64,000 nt of DNA, from assembly GCA_023267635.1 (NCBI GenBank), contig JAHFMX010000005.1:1989-65988 (forward strand), in the 5' to 3' direction. Under the pieces are notes generated by a model. The model searched no databases and was not told where the DNA came from. It was given only the letters and a program-made list of their open reading frames with translations. Source of the DNA: a bacterium. GTDB taxonomy: Bacteria; Patescibacteriota; Minisyncoccia; Phycocordibacterales; UBA5272. Position 1 is the first letter of the stretch; each line of letters starts with the position of its first letter. The position numbers and the translations under genes were made by a program. This document shows, piece after piece, positions 27,357-35,259 of the stretch.

Positions 27357-28385
27357 TTACAGTTGATTTAAACAGGCGGTCAGTTCACAAGCATAAGATT
27401 TTACAGCGCACATGTTGTATTGGCTGTCGCCCGGATTAATCGGACAAACCCATTTTGGAACACTCTGATTAAACCCCGTTTCTTGTTTGCAGTCAGCGCT
27501 TGGAGAATGAGGAACGGTACCGTTTGCACAACAGTTATACGACGCAAAGACCCCCGCCATTGTCGGAATGTTTGGGTATACCTGATTCGTCGCTGCGATT
27601 TTTCCTTTAAGCAATGAAACTCCGCGAGCTATATTTGTTTCAGGGTTAAGGATGGAAGCATCACAAGGTGTTTTTTGGTTTATTTGCATAAGTCCGCAAT
27701 CATAGGTACCATTTGGGTTTGTGTTTTGAGCAATTTCTCTAGCACTTGATTCTTTGCACATGAGAGCGATCACCATTTTATAGTCCACGCCAGCATTACT
27801 GGCTTCACGTTGTATGGTGGGTAAATATTTTTGGTAATTACATCCTGTAAGTACTGTGCAACGAGCACCCCCACAGACACCACCAGTTGATTTGAGTGAA
27901 GCTATAACAGTGCTTGTTGGTTCACAGGTTTTAGATGAGTTGTTGGACGAAGGAAAACTCCCCGTCGCCCCTCCTCCGCCCATGTCCCCTCCTCCCCCAC
28001 TCACAATCCCACCACCTTTTCCTGCTGCAGCTCGTAATCCATCTAACCCAACATTTCCAGAAAGTAGATCTTTGTTAAAGGTATAAAGAATAACAAACAA
28101 AGAAAGAACACCAAGCAATCCAAGTGTTACTCTCTTAATTTCATCATTAGACTTCCTCACCCCTGCTTCTGATGCCTGCATTCTATATACCCCAGCTCGT
28201 GCGTACATTACTCCTGCTGCAAGTACAGAGATCATAATAGCCAATGAATACAGAAAGCTTGTAGAAGAGAACAAAGAAACAGCTTGTCCTGTAGTAAACG
28301 TTGGAGCAATCCCCTCCTTTCCAAGAGATTGGAAGTATGAGGGCTCGAGGGAGGTGTAGTTTTTATTATTCGGATTCATCGGCAA
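27357..28385 (-). CDS. Fusion of VirB2-pilin-like double-TM module (Gly-rich tail) with family-1 lytic transglycosylase (SLT) domain; VirB1-like function
   Basis: N-module two hydrophobic helices separated by charged loop + GKGGGIVSGGGGDMGGGGATG; C-domain YKMVIALMCKESSAREIA...YDCGLMQINQ (catalytic E-S, GLMQ motif); first gene position of the T4SS-like operon (distal end). Confidence 0.7.
   Translation of the reverse strand: MPMNPNNKNYTSLEPSYFQSLGKEGIAPTFTTGQAVSLFSSTSFLYSLAIMISVLAAGVMYARAGVYRMQASEAGVRKSNDEIKRVTLGLLGVLSLFVILYTFNKDLLSGNVGLDGLRAAAGKGGGIVSGGGGDMGGGGATGSFPSSNNSSKTCEPTSTVIASLKSTGGVCGGARCTVLTGCNYQKYLPTIQREASNAGVDYKMVIALMCKESSAREIAQNTNPNGTYDCGLMQINQKTPCDASILNPETNIARGVSLLKGKIAATNQVYPNIPTMAGVFASYNCCANGTVPHSPSADCKQETGFNQSVPKWVCPINPGDSQYNMCAVKSYACELTACLNQL
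27960..28359. repeat. 400-bp perfect direct repeat, copy 1 (identical to 30140..30539)
   Basis: Base-by-base identical over 400 bp by visual alignment; covers 5' coding module of 27357..28385. Confidence 0.9.
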
Positions 28386-29655
28386 AAAGGTTTGTATTAA
28401 GAAGGAAAAGAGAGCCGTCTTGTCTTCGTATAAAACTAATAAGGTCAGATCCTGCGCTTGCTGTGAGGTGAGTCACATCAATCTGTCCGTAGGTTTCTGG
28501 AAAAGAATAGAGTGTATAGGTTTCTCCATTCTGTGCATTTACAATGGAAAGTGTATCGTCAAACATAAACCTTCCTTGATACCAGTCATCAGGCAACCCT
28601 TCAACGCTTTCTGGAATAGATTGAGGAATACCACAGACAAAGTATGGAGACACTGTTCCAACACACTTAGAAGCAAGGGTTTTTGTTGTGAAGGAAGCAA
28701 TCTTTCCAACGCTTACTCCAAAGGTTGCAAGCCCAGACTGAGACCACATGCTGTTAAGCATTGGACCATTAGATGAAGGAGTGCTTAGGAGACCTGTCTT
28801 GCCTCCTACGACTGAAGAAAATGAAGGAAGAGCAACCGTTGCCCCCTCCACATACGCAGACGCATGTGATGTTGCATAGAGCTGCTCGCCTCCGTAGGAA
28901 AGGGTCCATTCTGAAAAAGGAGAATCTGCCACACGCGCTGTACCTCGCAGTGAAAGTGAGTAGATAGTTGATCCGTTTGATCCAGGAACAACATAACTAA
29001 CCGTCGACAAATTTTTACTAACTGCAGTAGATGAAATATTTTGAGGTAGATAGGTTGTATCAATAAGTGGCTCAGGATCTCTCCCCTCTTGAACATTTGG
29101 GATAGAAGCCAGGATGCTTACAATAGTTTTCCTGTCGGCACCTAGAGAGCGCATAACAATACGATCACCTCCCGCCCATATGTATGCATCAAACACCCCT
29201 GGAATGGTTGTATTACTTATTTGATATGTTGTACCAGACTCCACCACATGACCGTATACGTACCCTGTTACTCGGTCAACAAACATAAGGACGGTGGTTG
29301 TGGCGCGAACTGTTTTTGTTGTTGAAATGGTTGTTGTCCCCACCGTTGAGGTAGACGTTACTTCTCGTAGTATGGGGCGACTCACGAAAACATTTCCTGT
29401 TGCAGGTGCGCCCCAAATACGATTGAAAGGAATCGCCGAAGCGGGAGTAATTTCAGTTTCTGTATTTGTGCCAGGCTCATCCCCTTGAAAGATAAAAGCA
29501 AAACGAGCAGGCAAATCACGAAGTGAAAAAGCACTTGTGGGTGTCTGTAGAGTTGGAGCTGATTCAGGTTTTGAAAAAAGAAAATACCAAACAATAACAC
29601 CAAAAGCAAACAGTGCGATAAGAGCAAATAAAATCTGAAGACGGCGATGTTCCAT
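28366..29655 (-). CDS. Bitopic membrane protein with large Thr/Ser-rich extracytoplasmic domain (T4SS-like locus)
   Basis: 429 aa; N-terminal TM LQILFALIALFAFGVIVWYFLF; no recognised domain. Confidence 0.5.
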   Translation of the reverse strand: MEHRRLQILFALIALFAFGVIVWYFLFSKPESAPTLQTPTSAFSLRDLPARFAFIFQGDEPGTNTETEITPASAIPFNRIWGAPATGNVFVSRPILREVTSTSTVGTTTISTTKTVRATTTVLMFVDRVTGYVYGHVVESGTTYQISNTTIPGVFDAYIWAGGDRIVMRSLGADRKTIVSILASIPNVQEGRDPEPLIDTTYLPQNISSTAVSKNLSTVSYVVPGSNGSTIYSLSLRGTARVADSPFSEWTLSYGGEQLYATSHASAYVEGATVALPSFSSVVGGKTGLLSTPSSNGPMLNSMWSQSGLATFGVSVGKIASFTTKTLASKCVGTVSPYFVCGIPQSIPESVEGLPDDWYQGRFMFDDTLSIVNAQNGETYTLYSFPETYGQIDVTHLTASAGSDLISFIRRQDGSLFLLNTNLFADESE

Positions 29656-29695
29656 GTAGTTTCAGTATAGCAAGTACTTCGCTTCTTTTTGTGAG

Positions 29696-30553
29696 TTATC
29701 TACCAGTAAAGGACGCATGAAAGTGACGTGCTGTAGATTTACCGCAACCAGACTCGGGTTCGTCCCAGAAAATGAATCCACTATACCCATATTTCACATT
29801 ACATGGTGGGCTGTTGGCAATAATTGATTTTGATTTTAGAAATGTGCCCAGTTGTTCGGTGTACTGTATATCTACGGCTTCTTTTCCTGGTCCATGGTTT
29901 GAGTTTGTGCTATGTCCAGGCTCTGATCCGCCAGTCACCATAAGCGAACAGTTGCATTCTGCTTTTAGTTTAAGCAACATATTGACGGTGGCTGGATTCA
30001 TGTTTCCAACATTCGTACAGCTTGTGTCTGAACCAACACAAGCAGGTTTGTTTATGGTGATTCCTTGAGCAGACAATGCGTTGCGATTTGCTTGCTCCGT
30101 TCCGTTTGTTGAGGGTGTTGGAACGGGTGTACCAAATCCCCCCGTCGCCCCTCCTCCGCCCATGTCCCCTCCTCCCCCACTCACAATCCCACCACCTTTT
30201 CCTGCTGCAGCTCGTAATCCATCTAACCCAACATTTCCAGAAAGTAGATCTTTGTTAAAGGTATAAAGAATAACAAACAAAGAAAGAACACCAAGCAATC
30301 CAAGTGTTACTCTCTTAATTTCATCATTAGACTTCCTCACCCCTGCTTCTGATGCCTGCATTCTATATACCCCAGCTCGTGCGTACATTACTCCTGCTGC
30401 AAGTACAGAGATCATAATAGCCAATGAATACAGAAAGCTTGTAGAAGAGAACAAAGAAACAGCTTGTCCTGTAGTAAACGTTGGAGCAATCCCCTCCTTT
30501 CCAAGAGATTGGAAGTATGAGGGCTCGAGGGAGGTGTAGGAAATCAGTGCCAT
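29696..30553 (-). CDS. Fusion of the same VirB2-pilin-like membrane module with peptidase M15 (VanY-like D-Ala-D-Ala carboxypeptidase / LAS metallopeptidase) domain
   Basis: N-terminal 133 aa identical to 27357..28385 product; C-domain SEPGHSTNSNHGPGKEAVDI (H..D zinc ligands) and ARHFHASF (second His). Confidence 0.65.
   Translation of the reverse strand: MALISYTSLEPSYFQSLGKEGIAPTFTTGQAVSLFSSTSFLYSLAIMISVLAAGVMYARAGVYRMQASEAGVRKSNDEIKRVTLGLLGVLSLFVILYTFNKDLLSGNVGLDGLRAAAGKGGGIVSGGGGDMGGGGATGGFGTPVPTPSTNGTEQANRNALSAQGITINKPACVGSDTSCTNVGNMNPATVNMLLKLKAECNCSLMVTGGSEPGHSTNSNHGPGKEAVDIQYTEQLGTFLKSKSIIANSPPCNVKYGYSGFIFWDEPESGCGKSTARHFHASFTGR
30140..30539. repeat. 400-bp perfect direct repeat, copy 2
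   Basis: Identical to 27960..28359; 2180 bp offset. Confidence 0.9.
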
Positions 30554-30558
30554 AGATA

Positions 30559-31533
30559 CTAATTGGGTCGCGTGTCGAAGATAACCTCAATCTCATTTGT
30601 TGCTTTCTGCAGTTTACGCTTCGCACTTTCTACCATCACAGAAAGAGTGCGGATCCCCACACTATTTTCTCTTGGACGAAGAGAAAGAAGTGTTTTTTCC
30701 ATAGGGGTAACAGGAAGACCATCTAAGTACCATGAATATGAAGCGGTATTTTCGAATTCATTGTTTGAAGAAAAATAAAATGGAACAAGAGAAAGTGTTA
30801 TATCTTTAGATGTTTCAAGTCTTCTCCAGAATGTTTTTGTAAGGTTTGTTCCGAGCACTTCGTCGTATGAGTACAAAAGTGGCATAACAGCATGAGGAGA
30901 AATTGAAGTTCTTTTTTCCGCCACACTTCCACGTGGGCTTCTCACAACAACTCGCACATCGTTGGAGTCGCTTAAATAATCGAGCGCAATAGTTGCAACA
31001 GATCTTCCCACGCCAGAAGCGTTTTCTAGAAACTCTCCGTTTAGATACCAGCTATATGCAAGACTTGAGGCTTGAATTCTGACACCGCCTTCACTTAATG
31101 AAGGTAATGCAGTAACACGAACAACGGCCCCCTCAGAAGGAAGAGATCTTCCTTGATAAAAGGGAGGAACAAAACTTTCTCGTGATTCATAGAGAAGTTC
31201 AACTGTCTGAGAGGAAACAATAAATGATCCACTAGCCCCACCCCCGTCTACAGTAATGACGGTATATGAAATAGGGATTTCTTGCCCAGAAGCGCCAGCG
31301 GTTACAGTTACTTTTTTAGCACCAAGGCCCGAAAGAAGTGTCGTTCCTCCGCTCTTCCAGGTTATCATCGCCCCATTAACATCAAAGGAGGCACTCGTAA
31401 GAGTAATGGTTGTTTCTTGATACGGTGCAGGATTTGTTGGGCTCATACTAACGCTCACATCAAGTGCTGCGAAAGCGTACATTGGAACAAAGAGAAGAGC
31501 GAAAGAGAGTAGCAGTCGTGTGGCTAGCGTCAT
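30559..31533 (-). CDS. Secreted protein of unknown function (T4SS-like locus)
   Basis: Signal peptide MTLATRLLLSFALLFVPMYAFAA; beta-rich 324 aa. Confidence 0.5.
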   Translation of the reverse strand: MTLATRLLLSFALLFVPMYAFAALDVSVSMSPTNPAPYQETTITLTSASFDVNGAMITWKSGGTTLLSGLGAKKVTVTAGASGQEIPISYTVITVDGGGASGSFIVSSQTVELLYESRESFVPPFYQGRSLPSEGAVVRVTALPSLSEGGVRIQASSLAYSWYLNGEFLENASGVGRSVATIALDYLSDSNDVRVVVRSPRGSVAEKRTSISPHAVMPLLYSYDEVLGTNLTKTFWRRLETSKDITLSLVPFYFSSNNEFENTASYSWYLDGLPVTPMEKTLLSLRPRENSVGIRTLSVMVESAKRKLQKATNEIEVIFDTRPN

Positions 31534-33347
31534 AGTACTTTTGATTGTGCCACTTCATCTTTCATGGCTTTAATCTGAAGAAGTTGAGACGGATCACTCG
31601 TGATGATCTGATCTTCCGTGTATGAAGCAACAACTTTTATCGCTACGTGCTTAAGTCCGGCAAAGAAGATTCCCTCCCCTACACCAGACTCAAGCAGGAG
31701 AAACTTCTCTTCGTCGGTGAGGTTAAATGTTTTTTGTACAAGGTCTATAGAAGAAGGTGATTGTTTAAGAAGGATTTGAATTGAGGAGTTTGTGATAATA
31801 GGAAGTCCGTATGGAGACTTAAGGAAGTCTCCAACGTCTTGTGTAATGGTTGCAAGTCCAAGGTAATACTTTCGTCCGCGCTTAGCGAGTCCGAAGAGGA
31901 ATGATGCAGTGTCATCGTTTTTCATCATGATCCAAGCTTCATCCACCACTAAAAGTCTTTTTCGAATATCTTTTCGTACCGCATTCCAAATGTAGTGAGT
32001 AATAATATACATCGCAACAGGTTTAAGCTCATCCTCCATGTCTCGGATAGAGAAACACACAAGCTTTTTATTGATATCAACGTTTGATGGCTGATTAATA
32101 AACCCAGACCACGTTCCTTTTGTGTATTTAGAAAGTCGCGCAAGAAGATCGTCTGACCCCCCTATTCCTTGAAGAACAGTTTCAAAGTCAGAAAGAAGTG
32201 GTGGTTCAAGTTTTGTGAAATCAACATCACCATTAATATCTTTAAGCGCGTATGTTTCGGTGATTGCTTGGTCTATGATCGCATCTTCTTCTGGGGTAAG
32301 TCCTCCAAGCATCACACGGAAAAGTCCAACCAAGTTAACAATGTTTGATCGAAGTACTTCAGACGGCGACTCATCTTCTGTTGGATGTGGTAAATCAAAA
32401 GGGTTAATGTGGTGGTCACTTGTGAGAGAAATATCAAAATATCTTCCCCCTACTGATTCAGCGAGGTATTCGTATTCTCGTTCAGGGTCAATAATAATCA
32501 CCTCAGTATCAAACATAAGCGTACGAAGAATTTCAAGTTTTGTTGTATAACTTTTACCAGAACCAGATTTTGCAAAAACAATCGAATTGTAGTTCTCAAG
32601 AGAAAAACGATCAAAGAGGATGAGTGATCCATTGTGACGATTGAGCCCGTAGAGAATTCCTTTGTCTGACGAAAGGTCAAACGACACGAATGGGAAAAAC
32701 GATGAGAGTGGTGATGTGTTCAGTTTGTTTTTTATCTGCAACTGGTCTTGTCCCAAAGGAAGAGTAGAGAGGAAACCAACATCTTGCTGGAACAAGGCTG
32801 GTTTTACATATACCAATCGACTTTCTAGTATATTTTTTATCTCATTTTCAACTTTATCAACTTCCGCTTCTGTTGACCCATAGATAGAAATATACAGAGA
32901 CACTTCAAACATTTTTTCTTGCGCTTGAGTAAGTCCGTCACGCAGGTCTTCGAGATCTTTGTATGCTACATCAAGTGTTGGGTCACGCACGAGCCCCTTT
33001 TCTTCACGTGTCATAATCTGACTTTCAACCTCAGCAACTTTTCTTTGGAATTTTTTCATCACATCCCCTGTGTCGAGTGGAGTTACGTGAATAGCAACAT
33101 CAAATACTTTGTCTAGGTTAATAATTGGGCTTAACCAGTTATCCGTAAGGAATCGAGGGTATGAGATAACGAAATAAGAGCGCACAATATTGGTACCGAG
33201 ATTAAGATTCTTTGGGCCAACACCCAAAGCAGAAGGCGCAATAATATCCTTTAGTTGCATTTCTGCCACCTTGTAGACTTGCTCAGGCAAGATTGGGCTT
33301 ACTGGCGAAGCTCCCTGTTTTTTATTTATAAAATCAAATATTCCCAT
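31530..33347 (-). CDS. VirB4/TrbE-family type IV secretion ATPase, C-terminal (NTPase) portion
   Basis: Walker A FAKSGSGKSYTT, Walker B LLVVDEAWIMM (DEAW typical of VirB4), 605 aa. Confidence 0.75.
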   Translation of the reverse strand: MGIFDFINKKQGASPVSPILPEQVYKVAEMQLKDIIAPSALGVGPKNLNLGTNIVRSYFVISYPRFLTDNWLSPIINLDKVFDVAIHVTPLDTGDVMKKFQRKVAEVESQIMTREEKGLVRDPTLDVAYKDLEDLRDGLTQAQEKMFEVSLYISIYGSTEAEVDKVENEIKNILESRLVYVKPALFQQDVGFLSTLPLGQDQLQIKNKLNTSPLSSFFPFVSFDLSSDKGILYGLNRHNGSLILFDRFSLENYNSIVFAKSGSGKSYTTKLEILRTLMFDTEVIIIDPEREYEYLAESVGGRYFDISLTSDHHINPFDLPHPTEDESPSEVLRSNIVNLVGLFRVMLGGLTPEEDAIIDQAITETYALKDINGDVDFTKLEPPLLSDFETVLQGIGGSDDLLARLSKYTKGTWSGFINQPSNVDINKKLVCFSIRDMEDELKPVAMYIITHYIWNAVRKDIRKRLLVVDEAWIMMKNDDTASFLFGLAKRGRKYYLGLATITQDVGDFLKSPYGLPIITNSSIQILLKQSPSSIDLVQKTFNLTDEEKFLLLESGVGEGIFFAGLKHVAIKVVASYTEDQIITSDPSQLLQIKAMKDEVAQSKVL

Positions 33348-33351
33348 AGTG

Positions 33352-33993
33352 TTAGTTGTTGTTTACCTTAGGCGCTTCTCGGTCTTGTTCCCCTGGATTA
33401 AAAAGTTTATAGAAGAGCTCAACGACTTCTTCTGTTCCAAGCTTTTGTGAGCGTAATCCAAAGCGATTAAGTCCTTGCATAACCGTTGCTACACGTTGTT
33501 CAAGCTGAATTCGAGCTGCATCAAAAGACCCCTGCTCTCCGCCAGTAGAAGAGTTAGCTAAACCAAATGATAAGAATTTGTTCGCTTGATTTTGATTTTG
33601 TGTTTGAGCAGGCAAGTACGGAATCACAATGAAGAAATGTTTTGTCATAATGTTTGTTTCTTCTGTAAACTTTGTGATGAAGCCCATGTACTCATGAATT
33701 TGAATCTTTAAAAGATCCTCCTTTACCTCCCCTGATCGCTGCTGCAGGAGATCCATGTATGGTTTGATATTGAGTCTTCTTGATTGGATGAAAAATTGAA
33801 TTGGGAAATCAAGTGAATTAAGAAGGTTTTGAAACTGAAGAAGAATCGCCTGCTGCTCATCTTCACTTTTGAGGGACAAGTTGAGTGATGAAGTAATAAG
33901 CACGGCACGGAGTTCGCCGTTTTTAAGTACAACAACACCATCACGCACGCGTTCGATCGGTACAAATTGTTGTGTTGCTATTCCAGAAGCCAT
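33352..33993 (-). CDS. VirB4-family N-terminal domain encoded as separate ORF (split VirB4)
   Basis: FVPIERVRDGVVVLKNGELRAVLITS resembles VirB4 N-terminus; stop TAA then ATG of NTPase ORF 4 nt later in a different frame; combined length about 818 aa equals a normal VirB4. Confidence 0.55.
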   Translation of the reverse strand: MASGIATQQFVPIERVRDGVVVLKNGELRAVLITSSLNLSLKSEDEQQAILLQFQNLLNSLDFPIQFFIQSRRLNIKPYMDLLQQRSGEVKEDLLKIQIHEYMGFITKFTEETNIMTKHFFIVIPYLPAQTQNQNQANKFLSFGLANSSTGGEQGSFDAARIQLEQRVATVMQGLNRFGLRSQKLGTEEVVELFYKLFNPGEQDREAPKVNNN

Positions 33994-34029
33994 ATCTTGA
34001 AGTATACAGCATAGAAACAGGACTGAAGG

Positions 34030-34452
34030 CTATTCCTGTGAGTTACGATCAAGAACATCAAGACCAAGAGATACTTCATGAAGTCTATCTTTGTTTACTT
34101 TTGAGACAGTTATTTCTTTTTCTGCATCAGCAACTACTTTTTCTATATTAGAAGTGCTCTCAGTTTGTTCCTTTGGCTGCTTCCAGGTATAAATTTTACT
34201 CCCTGTGTAGTAAGCGAAAGCGCTCTCAAGTAAATCTCCAAAGGGTCTATTGTTAATTTTTACAAAAGCAAGAGAAAGAAATAATCCAGAAACGACCAGA
34301 ATAAGAACAACGGCGATGATTTTTATTGAGATAAACGTCCAAATAATGAAGGAGAATCCGCCCGCACCTAAAATATACCCAAATTGTTTGAGGGTAAGAG
34401 GTCCGACAACCTTGTCTTCCATGTCGATAAATTGAGGGACTCGGAATTGCAT
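34030..34452 (-). CDS. VirB3-like small membrane protein
   Basis: 140 aa, hydrophobic hairpin (FGYILGAGGFSFIIWTFISIKIIAVVLILVVSGLFLSLAF), immediately upstream of VirB4 as in canonical loci. Confidence 0.5.
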   Translation of the reverse strand: MQFRVPQFIDMEDKVVGPLTLKQFGYILGAGGFSFIIWTFISIKIIAVVLILVVSGLFLSLAFVKINNRPFGDLLESAFAYYTGSKIYTWKQPKEQTESTSNIEKVVADAEKEITVSKVNKDRLHEVSLGLDVLDRNSQE

Positions 34453-34480
34453 AGGTTAAAGTATATCACGCACTGATTAG

Positions 34481-35257
34481 CTATTCTGAGGTTTCTCGGT
34501 ACGGGTCAATATTGTATTTGGTCGGAGCTTTACTGTATGAGGCGGTCTGAGCTTCAGCTTCTACCGCTTTGTCGTCACCCGCATGAGGCATAAATTCCTG
34601 AAGAGCGATGTTTGAGTCCAGTGCCCTATCGTCCTTTGTTTCTATCCCAGAGATTTGTTCTTGGATTTTTTTAAGTCTTTCTGAAACCTCCTCATCATCT
34701 GGAATAGTGTCTAAAATCTGTAGTTGTTCCAAGAGTTGGGAGCGAGATCCTACTACAGCCGTTGTTTTTTTAGCGGGCGCAGGCGCAGGTGTTACAGGCG
34801 CAGGAGCTGTTGGCTGAGCTTGTTGGTTTTGAGTTGAGGCAGGTACTGGTTCGCGCTTGGTGGTGTCGAGAATTTCTTTTCGTAATTCGTCAGGTGACCT
34901 CCCCTCTTGAAACGTAAGCGTTACCATATCTTTGGGTGATTTACCCAAGATACTAATACGAGCTTTTTCTAGAATAGTTTTATCCAGGTCTGCAGCAAGT
35001 TTGTAAGCCTCTTCTTCAGAAAGAGCTAAAATATCCACGATAGCCCGCACAACATCTTTTGGTTGTAAGGCTCCAATCAGAATGAATGAAATGATATTCT
35101 CAAGCGCAATGTAAGAACTCACTGGTATTTTATATAGTTTACCTAAAATTGCGGTTACGTTGTTTACTTCGTCTCCATGAATAAGCTCCTGAATATCTTC
35201 TGGAGATTGATCGAATAACTCGTCTTGATTTGTTGCGATATAAGATACAGTTTTCAT
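34481..35257 (-). CDS. Hypothetical soluble protein with Ala/Pro-rich linker (T4SS-like locus)
   Basis: 258 aa, no TM, PAPVTPAPAPAKK low-complexity, acidic C-terminus. Confidence 0.45.
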   Translation of the reverse strand: MKTVSYIATNQDELFDQSPEDIQELIHGDEVNNVTAILGKLYKIPVSSYIALENIISFILIGALQPKDVVRAIVDILALSEEEAYKLAADLDKTILEKARISILGKSPKDMVTLTFQEGRSPDELRKEILDTTKREPVPASTQNQQAQPTAPAPVTPAPAPAKKTTAVVGSRSQLLEQLQILDTIPDDEEVSERLKKIQEQISGIETKDDRALDSNIALQEFMPHAGDDKAVEAEAQTASYSKAPTKYNIDPYRETSE

Positions 35258-35259
35258 AC

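Noticed and set aside
27960-30539. Possibility that the 400-bp repeats are a CRISPR array or IS element
   Set aside because: Only two copies, 2.2 kb apart, both in-frame coding sequence. No terminal inverted repeats or transposase.
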